64,000 nt of DNA from Perkinsus chesapeaki ATCC PRA-425 (Eukaryota; Protista; Perkinsozoa), in the NCBI GenBank assembly GCA_013115145.1, contig JAAPAO010000059.1:34741-98740 (forward strand). The letters are read 5' to 3'. Below are positions 12,401 to 24,254 of this stretch, piece after piece. The stretch's first letter is position 1, and each line of letters opens with the position of its first letter. Both the position numbers and the translations under genes were made by a program. Under the pieces are notes generated by a model. The model was given only the letters and a program-made list of their open reading frames with translations. It made no database searches and had not been told where the DNA came from.

Positions 12401-13792
12401 GAGAGAGGACACTGCAGGAGCTGCGAAGGAGCGACCAGCGAAGGGGGTATATGGCTCGCACTCCGCGCTCTAAACTGAGCTTGAGACGCCGAATCTCTTC
12501 GCTTTCCTACCCTGTACGTGTACTTGCAACGCGGATGCTCCACCCTTTTTTCTGATAGCTATACTTTTCTTAACTTTGGTATTTCGATGCTTTCCTTCAC
12601 ACTGGCCGGTGCTGGGAAGCGTTTGCCCACCGCGTCGTTCCGGCAGGAACATGCGCCTTGGATGAAGGAACTCCCGCCGGATGATTTTTCGCTCAAGTAG
12701 TACTGCTTTTTGAGGCTTTTCATGAGTTCAGTCGAGTAGGTGTGATTGTCTCGTGCCCGTTATATCTCTTTATAGTACTAAGCTGACATTTTCTGATGGT
12801 TAATCCTTCTTCGTCTAATGCCCTGACTGTTGGGTTTGCACCCGAAAACGAGTGGCTTGATCCCGCTATGGCTACACTTTGGGTTCCTCCTCGAGCTCAC
12901 GTATACCGCCTCATCCATCACGAGTGTTGTGTACGCGACGCCTTATCGAAGATCGATAACCGGATCTCAGTTTAACCGAGTCGGTTGGGGCACGCTACAC
13001 TAGGTAGCCGATCCAATGGTCCCCATACTTCGAGGTGGTGACTCACCACTGGTGAGTGCCGGCCCGTTCGCCTTGAACCAAGGCCCTTGGCATGACACTT
13101 TCTACAGCTGAAGTTTTCGTTGGTCAAAGTTCTGGGAGCAGCAGTATTGAGTGGTATCTTCCCCACAAAGCCCGACTCTAGCTTAGCATTAGATTCTTAG
13201 TGACTATCAAAGTGACTCCCGTTCATCAGAAAAAGATGTTGTTCTACGGGCAATGGAGAAAGTTCCATGTGGCTTTGGCACAGTGTTAGAACACGCAACT
13301 CGTCTTGTAGCTTGCAAGCATACCATCGCATAACATGCAGATTATGGGTTTACGTAAGGCATAGTTCCATCATCCAGCAGAAGCGTCGTGCTCCAACGAT
13401 TGCCTTGAGGCTCAAAAGGGCTGTCTTCGGTGACATATCTTTTTGTTGGTTACTGTTTGACGCAAAGCTCATCACAGCAGAAACTAGGAACGAGTTTATA
13501 GAGACTCCCTATTGGGGACTGCCGCCAAGTAGGTCGGCTGACTGCAGTGTACAGGAACACTATGATGGGACGGAGAGTCTAACAACTACTTGATATCGAC
13601 TTAGCCAGTGGGAATAAATGAAGTTGTTATGCAGCGCAAAAACACCGGGAGAACTCGCTTGCTGCATCATAGCAGGCCTTCCTGAGGAGGGCTTCTTCTC
13701 CCGAGATGTCGCAATACCACATACAGAACTCCATACAAAGTACTGTTGGTGTTTAGTTATAATGATATTAGGCTTATCACGACGTCACAGGC

Positions 13793-14311
13793 TTACCACG
13801 CAGCACGAGCAGCTGTACGGACAGAATCCCCAGCAGCACGACCAGCAGTGCGAGCAGAGTCGCCTGCAGCGCGACCAGCGATACGAGCAGAGTCACCAGC
13901 GGCATAACCAGCAGTGCGAGCGGAGTCCCCAGCAGCATGACCAGCAGCATGACCAGAATCACCAGCAACTCTTGCCGAGGTACGTATTGAATCAGCTGCA
14001 GCGCGGGCAGATGTCCTTATGGAATCGCCAGAAGCATGGGCCGCCATACGCGCAGAGTCACTGGTCGCATGGGCCGCGGTCCGAGCCGAATCACCAGCTG
14101 CGCGGGCAGCTGTTCTAACTGCACCAGCGCCTCCATTGACCGATGCAGCAGTCGTCTGGGCGTTCTGTGTAGCTGCCGCCGCGTCAGCAGTGGCTGCGGC
14201 ACTCACTTGCGCGCTAGCACTAGTAGCGGCCTGAGCAACGTCACACGCGGATCTTGTCACATCCGTCGCAAGCTTGGTAACATCGGATGTCAAATCTGTG
14301 AGAAATCCCAT
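13793..14311 (-). CDS. Ala-rich 11-residue-repeat protein, paralog 1
   Basis: MGFLTDLTSDVTKLATDV N-terminus; about nine 11-mers of type AGDSARTAGRA. Confidence 0.75.
   Translation of the reverse strand: MGFLTDLTSDVTKLATDVTRSACDVAQAATSASAQVSAAATADAAAATQNAQTTAASVNGGAGAVRTAARAAGDSARTAAHATSDSARMAAHASGDSIRTSARAAADSIRTSARVAGDSGHAAGHAAGDSARTAGYAAGDSARIAGRAAGDSARTAGRAAGDSVRTAARAAW
13810..14105. repeat. Degenerate 33-bp coding tandem repeat
   Basis: Recurring cagaatc/cagagtc-ccagcagc units at 33-nt spacing. Confidence 0.8.
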
Positions 14312-15013
14312 TTTACAAAACAATTAACTACACAATCAGAAATGCTGGCAAGAGACCTCTGAATTTTGGACAGAGGATGAACGCCATCATAATAAATTAT
14401 CACTCCCGAAAAACGCCAAACTAAAATGCGCTAGACCGAGGCGAAAAACTGTTGGCGAGAGTAGATCGAAACGCAACGGCTTTGTGTCGGCTGTCCCGAG
14501 TCGGACAAATAGTGCTACTCATCCCAGGATACTAAGACACGCCAGGGGGCAGTCTCGCTGTCACGTAACTTCGAGTTTGGGAAACCCTACGCAAATTCCC
14601 AGTCGCGCGGCTAACAACCAAGGGTAACGCGACTCAGAAATGACCAATCTGAAGCACTAAGACAAGGCTTGTGTCACAAGCTGACTAAGAACATATGGAC
14701 GCTCCCAGCGAGGACTGATACACTTATGCGGCAGGTTAGTTAAGTCCAAGGAAATTCGAAATCCGAATCAATCTACTATAAACTCAACACAATGCTTTTA
14801 AAGTAACCCCTGAGTGGCTTATGACGATCAACACGCGAAGAGAAGCGATATCACCACGATCGCCTAACGGCATACAGAATTTGAGTCAGACTGCACTCAT
14901 GGAACAAGGGAATTGTCAAGCGGGTATATTTGTCACTCTTATGATGGCTTTGATAGTACATATTTTATGAATAAACTCATATCAGGATACAACGTTAAAC
15001 GTCACATAAAAGT

Positions 15014-16259
15014 TTAGGGAGAACCTCTGAATACAGTGCGGACACTGTCATGAATGGATCGACCAGTAGCATGGCCAGCATCACGAATGGCGCTGCCGCT
15101 AGCATGACCCGCATCGTGAACAGCTTGACCTGCTGCTTTACTTGCAGCTCGAATATTCTGAGTCTCCGAGGTAGTGCTTTCAGAAGCAGGGGCCGAAGAA
15201 GCAGTGTCTCGCTGTACCGAAGCAGAAGTACTGGTAGAACCGGTAGAGTTTGGGGTACCTAGAGCATTATTAACACCAATCTGGGCACCACGAACGGCGG
15301 TATCGACACCGAGTTGAGCGCCTCTCGCGNNNNNNNNNNNNNNNNNNNNNNNNNNNNNNNNNNNNNNNNNNNNNNNNNNNNNNNNNNNNNNNNNNNNNNN
15401 NNNNNNNNNNNNNNNNNNNNNNNNNNACGCCGTTGCTGACACCAAGGGAAGCACCGCGAACAGCATTATCAACACCGAGTTGAGCACCACGAACGGCGTT
15501 ATCGACACCGAGTTGAGCGCCTCTCGCGCCGTTGCTGACACCAAGGGAAGCACCGCGAACAGCATTATCAACACCGAGTTGAGCACCACGAACGGCGTTA
15601 CTGGCAGCAAGAGATGCGCCTCCTGAGGCGTTGTCGACACCAAGCTGAGCCCCTCTTACAGCGTTATTGACACCAAGCGAGGCACCACGGGCAGCATTAC
15701 TCACACCGAGGGAAGCCCCACGAGCTGCATTACTCACACCAAGGGAAGCACCACGAGCTGCATTACTTGCAGCAAGGTTAGCCCCCGCAGTAGCCGAGTT
15801 ACGGGCAACGTTAGCTCCTTGACTAGCAGAATTGGCAGCTATACCAGCCCCATGTAGAGCAGAATTAACTGCAATACTAGCCCCTTTCAAGGCAGAGTTG
15901 ATTGCAATTCCAACACCCCCAAGACCAGTATCACGGGCAATACCAGCACCGGTCGTTGCAGTATCGCGAGCAATATTGGCCCCTGTGGCTGCAGTGTCCT
16001 CAGCCATAGCAGCACCAGTAGCAGCCGTGTCGCGGGCGATGTTGGCGCCCGTAGTTGCAGTGTCTTGTGCCATAGCGGCACCAGTGGCAGCAGTGTCACG
16101 AGCGACGGCGGCACCGGTACTGGCGACACTGGGAGCAGCGTTAGCGGCTGGCTGCGCTTGACCGGGAGCTGTAGCATTCGCCAAGTCATTGAGGGATGCA
16201 CTGACATCTGTTGCCAGCTTGTTGAGATCAGAAGTCAAAGTATCAAGGAATCCAACCAT
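15014..16259 (-). CDS. Ala/Gly-rich 11-residue-repeat protein, paralog 2 (spans N-gap)
   Basis: MVGFLDTLTSDLNKLATDV; over 20 consecutive 11-mers (ARDTAATGAAM ... GVDNAVRGAQL); after the gap ends HDSVRTVFRGSP, shared with paralog 3. Confidence 0.75.
15270..16090. repeat. 33-bp coding tandem repeat with a 99-bp higher-order duplication
   Basis: acaccgagttgagc/acaccaagggaagc units; a 99-nt block is repeated at ~15427-15600. Confidence 0.8.
15330..15426. other. Assembly gap (N run)
   Basis: N bases inside a repeat array. Confidence 1.
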
Positions 16260-17697
16260 TTTGAGAATAAAGTATTAATATAGAATAACTACCAACAACA
16301 CGTAGGGACACGAAAGGAAAATATGCCACATAAATGATTTTCTCAAGAAAGCAGGAGCCATCAACCCAAACTCTTGAGAAGGGCCATGGTTAAAAGCTTA
16401 CTAGCCACACAAGCTGTACATTTAGATGCATCGCGGGCCTCATGTATATCACACAAAGCTGTCTCCTAATTGAAATTCACGCTACAACAACGTTCCATTA
16501 TGCGGTTCAAAGGCAAGGCCGCTCGTGTTAGATGCAGAGTAACCGGTTATGAAAAAACTAAAATGCTACAACCCGTCATCAGGTGGCAATTAGTTGGCAA
16601 CCAGTGATCATGCCGGACGCCGTTGGACCTTGGACATCAGCTTCAGCAATCAACTGTAGCCTCTCAGTCCAAACTGTGGCATCTCTGATCATGTCGGGGG
16701 GCCGCTTGGCCACTTAGCTGTGCACGCATGCACAACTGCGGTTGCCCGATCTCGACCCTTTCGACGGAGGTTCTTTGGTTCGCCAAGGCACTTCTACATC
16801 TGCCGGTGGTTGTTTTATCTCGTGGTAAATGAGGGAGGCCACTCGTTGTGGGCAGCGCAAGATAACAACGGGTACAAGGGGGTTGATCTTAAGGTTACTT
16901 CAATTGACGCATGCGTGCCCGTGGAGGTTCGCTGCCACATTACGTGGATAGTTCCAATTGTGTTTATTGGAAGCGAGGGTCATCTACATTGTAGACTCTA
17001 CAATGCAAATTCTGCATGAAAGAATCCCCTAGCTGGACCATACTCGCATTCCATTCGCTAGGAGGAAGGGGCCCGGATTCTGTTGCTGTTTGGGTGGACT
17101 GGCCTATCGGACTGGCTTATTCTTCGACCGAATTCCTCTTGGTCTAATTGCAAAGGCGTTTCTGTTATACCGACGCTACTTAACATCTGCAGCAGCAGCG
17201 CACCGTTCAAACGACATGTTTATGCTTTGTGATGATTAGAACATCCCAGCAGAGCTAGAACACCATATTTCTAAATGAGTTTCCGGTTCCCCAATTCTAT
17301 CCAAGATTGGAACCACCGGTTCATGATCCCATATAACTCTAACAGTGTTCAGCATTGTAATGATCAACAGAGACTCAAACACAACTCTCTTGTTGGGTAG
17401 CACACATACCACCTAGAAAGGATGGCTGATATAATGTTCATAAACGAGATACACAGGTGAACGTATCAGGTGTAATAGAGCAGCAACCTGGAATAATAGC
17501 ACAGAAACAGGACGGATACTTCCGTTAGACATGCTAAGAAAGGTCAAGTACAGCCATTCATAGCAAAGGTATTTGGCTATAACATACTTTAGTTTGCAGG
17601 CTGAATAAGATGAAGTGCCTTGCAAACTAAGAGAAATAAACACTGCAATGGCTATACAGCTTATCATCAGCACTCGCTGTATCATCGGTCTACTTAC

Positions 17698-18195
17698 TTA
17701 AGGGTGACCTCTGAAGATCGTGCGAACTGAATCATGCACGGACTTGCCTCCTGCGTGAGCAGCATTACGGACCGAATCTCCGGCAGCTCGAGCGGCGGTT
17801 CTGGTAGCTGTTGCATTGGTATTGGCACTCTGCGAGGCGTTCTCGGCACCAGGCACTGCAGACTCACGGGTGGCTTCAGCACCGCTCACGGCGGACTGAC
17901 GGGCAGCTTCAGCACCGCTCACGGCGGACTGACGGGCAGCTTCAGCACCGCTCACGGCAGATTGACGGGCAGCTTCAGCACCGCTCACGGCAGATTGACG
18001 GGCAGCTTCAGCACCGCTCACGGCAGACTGACGAGTAGCCTCGGCGGACTGACGAGCTGCCGCAGCGCTGTTGGTAGCGGCGGTACTCACCTGCGCGCTC
18101 GCATCAGTAGCAGCTTTTGCGACGTTCGCAGCCGAAGTGGTGACGTCTGTGGCGAGCTTGCCAACACCAGTCGTTAAGTCAGTAAGGAATCCCAT
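17698..18195 (-). CDS. Ala-rich 11-residue-repeat protein, paralog 3
   Basis: MGFLTDLTTGVGKLATDV; five near-identical EAARQSAVSGA units; ends HDSVRTIFRGHP. Confidence 0.8.
   Translation of the reverse strand: MGFLTDLTTGVGKLATDVTTSAANVAKAATDASAQVSTAATNSAAAARQSAEATRQSAVSGAEAARQSAVSGAEAARQSAVSGAEAARQSAVSGAEAARQSAVSGAEATRESAVPGAENASQSANTNATATRTAARAAGDSVRNAAHAGGKSVHDSVRTIFRGHP
17860..18050. repeat. Near-perfect 33-bp tandem repeat (about 5 copies)
   Basis: gcttcagcaccgctcacggc(g/a)ga(c/t)tgacgggca repeated. Confidence 0.9.
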
Positions 18196-19033
18196 ATTAT
18201 TCTAACGGAAATAAATAATATCTAAGAGGTTTCTATCTATGCGAGAACTCTCCCTGCGACTGAATACACCCATTTGAGCTAACAGCCCAGAAGCTTTGTG
18301 TGAAATGTCCCCCTGCGCCCAGCTAGCAGAGAAGTGTGCCGTACTTCACGCGCTACCTTACAGATTCATGGGAACACTTTAGACCGCCCAATGCTTCTCT
18401 GCGGGCGGTGCTTTGGTACGTGCCGCTTCAAGCAGCCGGCTTGTCACAGTTCTCCCTGGAGAAGTCCACCACAGTACCAGCCGGACTATGTACCATCATG
18501 AGTCCCATCCTGAGTATTTTGTGTGTGGGTGCGCGTATCGTGTCACAAAACCGTAAGATACCGTGATAGTACGGGGCGCATTAAATTCTTGTGAAAAGGG
18601 CACTTCACCCTTGAATAGCGAAACTTATTCAATCCATGTGGTCTAGAAGCAGATGAGGTTCATCACGACTGTGACCTCTTGTTGACGAGCACGGCTGTGT
18701 ACTCGATACTCGAGTTGCATTTGGCATGGTAAAACAGGACGTTTCGCGCTTGAAGATTCGAGGTGTAGGTCTTTCAGTGGCCCCTGCTAACATATTTAAA
18801 CAGCAAGATGGCCCGTGAGGGGAAGCTCACCTGAGTTAAGCGTCAGACTTCCACGTGCCAAGGAGGGGACAGACTTTGTGCAACGTTAGCGCAACTCGCC
18901 CGCCCAAGCGTTACACCGCAGACAAGTAACGGACAAGTAGCACCCGAGTACTTTTAACGGCTTGATCTGTTCCGAGCCTGTTTGCTACTTAGCCTTGGCG
19001 CCGAGTCAGAATTCTGTTTCCTTTTTGGTTGTC

Positions 19034-20608
19034 ATGCCTCGTCTTCTAGCGATCTGCGCCATTGCGCTGAGCGTCGTTTCTGGTCTCACTCCAGTAGATC
19101 CCAATTACATGTGTACTACTGCCTGTGAGGCAACTTCAACTTGCGCGAACGATCCACATGCCCACGGCTCTTACTGCAAGTATTGGCTGAGCCCGCCCAC
19201 CTGCTTTGGTTTTTATGTGCGTCCTGACGGCTCTCTATGTTATCAACCTAACGACCCTACATGTGATGACACCTCTCTGACGGCGCTTCCTTGTGGTGAA
19301 GTGCCTCCCGAGACCACCGAGTCCCCAATGGCAGGAGCAGACAGCAATCCGGATGGTGACGAGATTGGAGGTGATGGTACCGAGCCGCCAGTTGGAACTA
19401 CTGTGGGGATCACTGCTGAGCCTCCAGTCGAAACCACTGCTGAGGCTCCAGTCGAAACCACTGCTGAGCCTCCAGTCGAAACTGCTGCTGAGCCTCCAGT
19501 CAGAACCACTGCTGGGCCACCAGTCGAAACCACTGCTGAGCCACCGGTTGAGACTACTGCTGAGCCTTCGGTTGAGACCACTGCTGAGCCCCCGGTTGAG
19601 ACTACTGCTGAGCCACCAGTCGAAACCACTACCGGGCCTCCGGTTGAGACCACTGCTGAGCCTTCGGTTGAGACCACTGCTGAGCCTCCGGTTGAGACTA
19701 CTGGTGAACCTCCTGTTGAGACCACTGGTGAACCTCTTGTTGAGACCACTGGTGAACCTCCTGTTGAGACCACTGGTGAACCTCCTGTTGAGACCACTGG
19801 TGAACCTCCTGTTGAGACCACTGGTGAACCTCCGNNNNNNNNNNNNNNNNNNNNNNNNNNNNNNNNNNNNNNNNNNNNNNNNNNNNNNNNNNNNNNNNNN
19901 NNNNNNNNNNNNNNNNNNNNNNNNNNNNNNNNNNCCACTGGTGAACCTCCTGTTGAGACCACTGGTGAACCTCCTGTTGAGACCACTGGTGAACCTCCTG
20001 TTGAGACTACTCGTGAACCTCCGGTTGAGACCACTGCTAAACCTCCGGTTGAGACTACTGCTGAGCCCTCGGTTGAGACTACTGCTGAGCCTTCGGATGA
20101 GACCACGGCTGCACCACCAGTTGAGACCACGGCTGCACCACCAGTTGAGATCACTGCTGAGTCTCCGGTTGAGACCACTGCTGAGCCGCCGGTTGAGACT
20201 ACTGGTGAACCTCCTGTTGAGACCACTGCTGGGCCACCAGTTGAGACCACTGCTGAGCCCCCGGTTGAGACCACTGGTGAACCTCCTGTTGAGACCACTG
20301 GTGAACCTCCGGTTGAGACTACTGCTGAGCCCTTGGTTGAGACCACTGGTGAACCTCCGGTTGAGACCATTGCTGAACCACCAGTTGAGACCACTGCTGA
20401 GCCCCCGGTTGAGACTACTGGTGAACCTCCTGTTGACCCCACTACTGCTGGGCCACCAGTTGAGACCACTGCTGAGCCTCCGGTTGAGACCACTGCTGAA
20501 CCTCCGCTTGAGACTACTGGTGAACCTCCGGTTGAGACCACTGCTGAACCTCTGGTTGAGGCCACTACTGAGTCACCGGTGGGGAGCATTTCACTTCTTC
20601 GGCGTTGA
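19034..20608 (+). CDS. Secreted Cys-rich domain + mucin-like TTAEPPVE repeat protein, paralog 1
   Basis: Signal MPRLLAICAIALSVVSG; 8-Cys domain including CANDPHAHGSYCKYWLSPPTCFG; 24-bp repeats; spans gap 19835-19934. Confidence 0.8.
   Translation: MPRLLAICAIALSVVSGLTPVDPNYMCTTACEATSTCANDPHAHGSYCKYWLSPPTCFGFYVRPDGSLCYQPNDPTCDDTSLTALPCGEVPPETTESPMAGADSNPDGDEIGGDGTEPPVGTTVGITAEPPVETTAEAPVETTAEPPVETAAEPPVRTTAGPPVETTAEPPVETTAEPSVETTAEPPVETTAEPPVETTTGPPVETTAEPSVETTAEPPVETTGEPPVETTGEPLVETTGEPPVETTGEPPVETTGEPPVETTGEPPXXXXXXXXXXXXXXXXXXXXXXXXXXXXXXXXXXTGEPPVETTGEPPVETTGEPPVETTREPPVETTAKPPVETTAEPSVETTAEPSDETTAAPPVETTAAPPVEITAESPVETTAEPPVETTGEPPVETTAGPPVETTAEPPVETTGEPPVETTGEPPVETTAEPLVETTGEPPVETIAEPPVETTAEPPVETTGEPPVDPTTAGPPVETTAEPPVETTAEPPLETTGEPPVETTAEPLVEATTESPVGSISLLRR
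19410..20580. repeat. 24-bp coding tandem repeat (TT[A/G]EPPVE)
   Basis: gttgagaccactggtgaacctcct-type units; includes N gap 19835-19934. Confidence 0.95.
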
Positions 20609-20897
20609 TAAACCGATACAACACATTTTCGGCTGAGCTCGGCGAGCCGCTGACTTTATTTTTAATTTCTTGAATGATAATCCACTATGTTTCAATTTGA
20701 TCTCAATTGACCACTGTATGGTACAGTGAGAATTACCTCCTGCATGCCTCTCAATTCTTTGTTCTCACTAGTTGATCCAATATGTAGTTTCTAGAAGTTT
20801 ATGGGACGCTGTGTTGGTAATCGGTATGGAAATCGGGTTTGCTCTGGTCTGTCACGTTTGCTCTTGGTTAGTTCATAGAATTCATTTATCTCTTTGC

Positions 20898-22615
20898 ATG
20901 TCACGCGTCGTCTTGAGGTTATTTCATTTCTCGACGCTATTTATTGGCAGCCAAAGCGCTACGTGCTCCGATATGTGTGCCGGTCTCGACAGTTGCATTA
21001 ACGACACGCAAAATCATGGTTCTTACTGCAAGTACTGGCAAAGCCCACCAGTGTGTTTCGGGATCTATATGAAAGCCGATGGTTCTCTCTGCTTTCACCC
21101 TAATGATCCCAGTTGTGACGATACACTGTTTGACCCTGTATACTGCGAGGAGAGCAGTACAACATATGCTCCTATGGCTGGGGCAGATAGTGACGAGCTA
21201 ACCGAGCTACCTGATGAGGGCGATAACGATTACTGGTCGACAGGAACAGCTCCGATGGATGCAAATACGTCTGAGCCTACCAATGAGACATCTGCGGAAG
21301 TTCAGATCTATACTACGACGGAGTCGCCGGTTGGAACTACTCCTGGACCTTCGATTAAGACAACTGCTACTGAGCCTCCTTTTGACACCACGGCTACTGG
21401 TTCTTTGGTCGACACCACGGTTGAACCTCTGGTTGAGACTACTGAACCTCCGGTTGACACTTTTGTTGAGCCCCCAGCTGAGACTACTGCTGAGCCCCCG
21501 GTTGAGACCACTGTTGAACCTCCAGTTGAGACCACTGCTGAGCCCCCGGTTGAGACCACTGCTGAGCCTTCGGTTGAGACTACTGCTACTGAGCCTTCGG
21601 TTGAGACCACTGTTGAACCTCCGGTTGAGACTACTGATCCTCCAGCTGAGACTACTGCCGAGCCTTCGGTTGAAACTACTGTGCCTTCAGCTGAGACTAC
21701 TGTCGAGCCTCCGGTTGAGACTACTGAGCCTCCAGCTGAGACAACTGCCGAGCCTCCGGTTGAAACTACTGCCGAGCCTCCAGCTGAGACTACTGCCGAG
21801 CCTTCGGTTGAAACTACTGTGCCTCCAGCTGAGACTACTGTCGAGCCCCCGGTTGAGACTACTGATCCTCCGGCTGAGACTACTGCCGAGCCTCCGGTTG
21901 AGACTACCGCCGAGCCCCCAGTTGAAACTATTGTGCCTCCAGCTGAGACTACTGCCGAGCCTCCAGTTGAAACTATTGTGCCTCCAGCTGAGACTACTGC
22001 CGAGCCTCCGGTGGAGACCACTGTTGAACCTCCGGTTGAGACTACTGATCCTCCAGCTGAGACTACTGCCGAGTCTTCGGTTGAAACTACTGCCGAGCCT
22101 CCAGCTGAGACTACTGCCGAGTCTTCGGTTGAAACTACTGCCGAGCCTCCAGCTGAGACTACTGCCGAGCCTCCGGTTGAGACTACTGAGCCTCCAGCTG
22201 AGACTACTGCCGAGCCTCCGGTTGAAACTACTGTGCCTCCAGCTGAGACTACTGCCGAGCCTTCNNNNNNNNNNNNNNNNNNNNNNNNNNNNNNNNNNNN
22301 NNNNNNNNNNNNNNNNNNNNNNNNNNNNNNNNNNNNNNNNNNNNNNNNNNNNNNNNNNNNCGGCCTCCAGCTGAGACTACTGCCGAGCCTCCGGTTGAAA
22401 CTACTGTGCCTCCAGCTGAGACTACTGCCGAGCCTTCGGTTGAAACTACTGCTGAGCCTTCCGTCGATACATCAGGTGAACTTTCCATCGAAACTACGGT
22501 TGCTTCTAAGGTTGAAACAACCGAACCCTCTAAATCTACAATTGAGACGTTGCACCCTTCAGTTGATACAATAGTCTTACGTCCAGCTACCTCTACTATG
22601 CGAATTGTTTCCTAA
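20898..22615 (+). CDS. Secreted Cys-rich domain + mucin-like repeat protein, paralog 2
   Basis: Signal-like MSRVVLRLFHFSTLFIGSQS; CINDTQNHGSYCKYWQSPPVCFG domain homologous to paralog 1; repeats continue after gap 22265-22360 in the frame ending MRIVS*. Confidence 0.8.
21420..22470. repeat. Mixed 21/24-bp coding tandem repeat (TTAEPPAE/TTEPPVE/TTVPPAE)
   Basis: gagactactgccgagcctcc units; includes N gap 22265-22360. Confidence 0.95.
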
Positions 22616-23068
22616 CCATCATCACTAACGTATTAGTTTTTTCGACTCCTTCGACGTATATAAGTATGAAGTTCGTGAACCTCAGGTGTGGTTCAATTCT
22701 ATTCAATCGTACCGTCTGGCGCTTTGCTACTGAATATCCATTAGTTGTTGCGTTTAGTGTACGCATGAACCAGATGTAATTAGCCGCTAGTCGTTTACGC
22801 ACCGCAACATTCCTACATCACTCCAGCCAATAAACTCAGAGAGGCACGGCTAGGCTGGAATGTCCTTTAAGCACCACTCTCAACAACTACTCTCGTGTCT
22901 TCCATTTTGAGCATAATACGCACTGTAGCGGTTGGACGGTCCAGCTCGTTCTCTAGGAGGAAGTATCGCCCGTGGAACGGTGGGGATAGTTAACGACTGG
23001 GGATACGAGAACTCAAGAGCAGCATGTTATTGGGTATCTTAGTCGAAACAATCTTAACAAAGCCTGAT

Positions 23069-24254
23069 CTAGTGCGGCTGAGGGGCTACAAGGCTCTGGT
23101 TGAACCACTTCTTGCCATACTGTACGATGGTAGATATCACGGGAAGAGAAGTTACTCTCCTGAAAGATATGCTCTGTCTCGAGCCTTGCCATGGTTGATT
23201 CAATCTTACTGTGTCTTCGAGTCCAATATGCCCCATGCTTCGTGATGATGGGCTGAGGACCGTGGAGCTTGATACCTAAGTGGGGCCGCGGGGTTGGGGC
23301 ACGACAGGGTTTCAGCGCGATGACTTGCCTTATCCGAAGAAGGCTCCAATATAGGAGGCATGCCATGATTTCTCGGTAAGGCGTGAACAAGTTTATGATG
23401 TACTGGAAACCAAGCCCTGAAAGCACCATGCTTGAGAGGGCAGCGAGGAGAACTCTTACCAATTTCACATATGGTAGAAACACGCATGATCTCGGTCTCC
23501 CTCGACTTGAGCTTCAACCAGAACGGCTGGATCTTCATCCATACCGTGACGCCTGGGAAAAGCCTGGTGATCGCAAGGGAGGCGGCAACTTACCGGTGAG
23601 ATGGGAGTTGGCAAAAGTACCGCAATACCAGAGAGAGCGCCGTATGATAACAAAGAGGCCGAAGAAGTTGGGAACGAAGGAGCCGGTTGTTAGGAGCACT
23701 AAAACACTTTTAGTATAAGCTAACATATCTTGCGGGATGACAACTATTACAGCTCATGAATAGGAATGGGAAATCGGCGCCCAAAGTGACACGGCTCAGC
23801 CACAACTGGAAGGCCTGCATGCCGCTACGTATCTGAGGTCGACAGCTCCATAATAAAGTTTACGAGAGAGCGGTAGCTTACCGGTGGGAGACCATAGTTG
23901 GTCCAGATAGTATAGACGCAGACGAAAGCGCTTGATAGGAAGGTCATCCGGTAGAAAACCACCGACGGTATCTTGGCTACATAAGCCTATGGGATAACAT
24001 AGGTCAATAAGGCGGCGGGCAATATTACCACTAACGATATTATATAGAGTATAGCATTAGCAAGGACGAGCATGTGCAGTGAGAAGGCTACAGCGGCTGG
24101 GCTGGCTGCAGTAGCTTGGCCTGCTGCCGCTCCTGAGTTAGTCATTCCAAATGCCTACTGCTCCCACAGTACTACTACCTTGTGGCTGCTTCTTAAATCG
24201 CATATAAACTATATACCCAACAAGAGGGATGATCCACCACGGTATAGGCATCAT
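23069..24254 (-). CDS. TMEM33/Pom33-like multi-pass ER membrane protein, multi-exon
   Basis: Spliced reading: YRMTFLSSAFVCVYTIW, WLSRVTLGADFPFLFM, LKSRETEIMRVSTICE, INLFTPYREIMACLLYWSLLRIRY, IVQYGKKWF. Hydrophobic pattern resembles TMEM33 from memory of the family. Start tentative. Confidence 0.6.

Noticed and set aside
13810-22470. Regularly spaced repeats as a CRISPR array
   Set aside because: Units are contiguous, multiples of 3 and coding, with no unique spacers or cas genes; the sequence is eukaryotic.
13618-22488. Long antisense and alternate-frame ORFs over the repeat genes (e.g. 19243-20589 minus, 19293-20636 plus, 17734-18177 plus, 13618-14118 plus)
   Set aside because: Shadows of stop-free tandem repeats; they lack signal peptides and conserved non-repeat ends.
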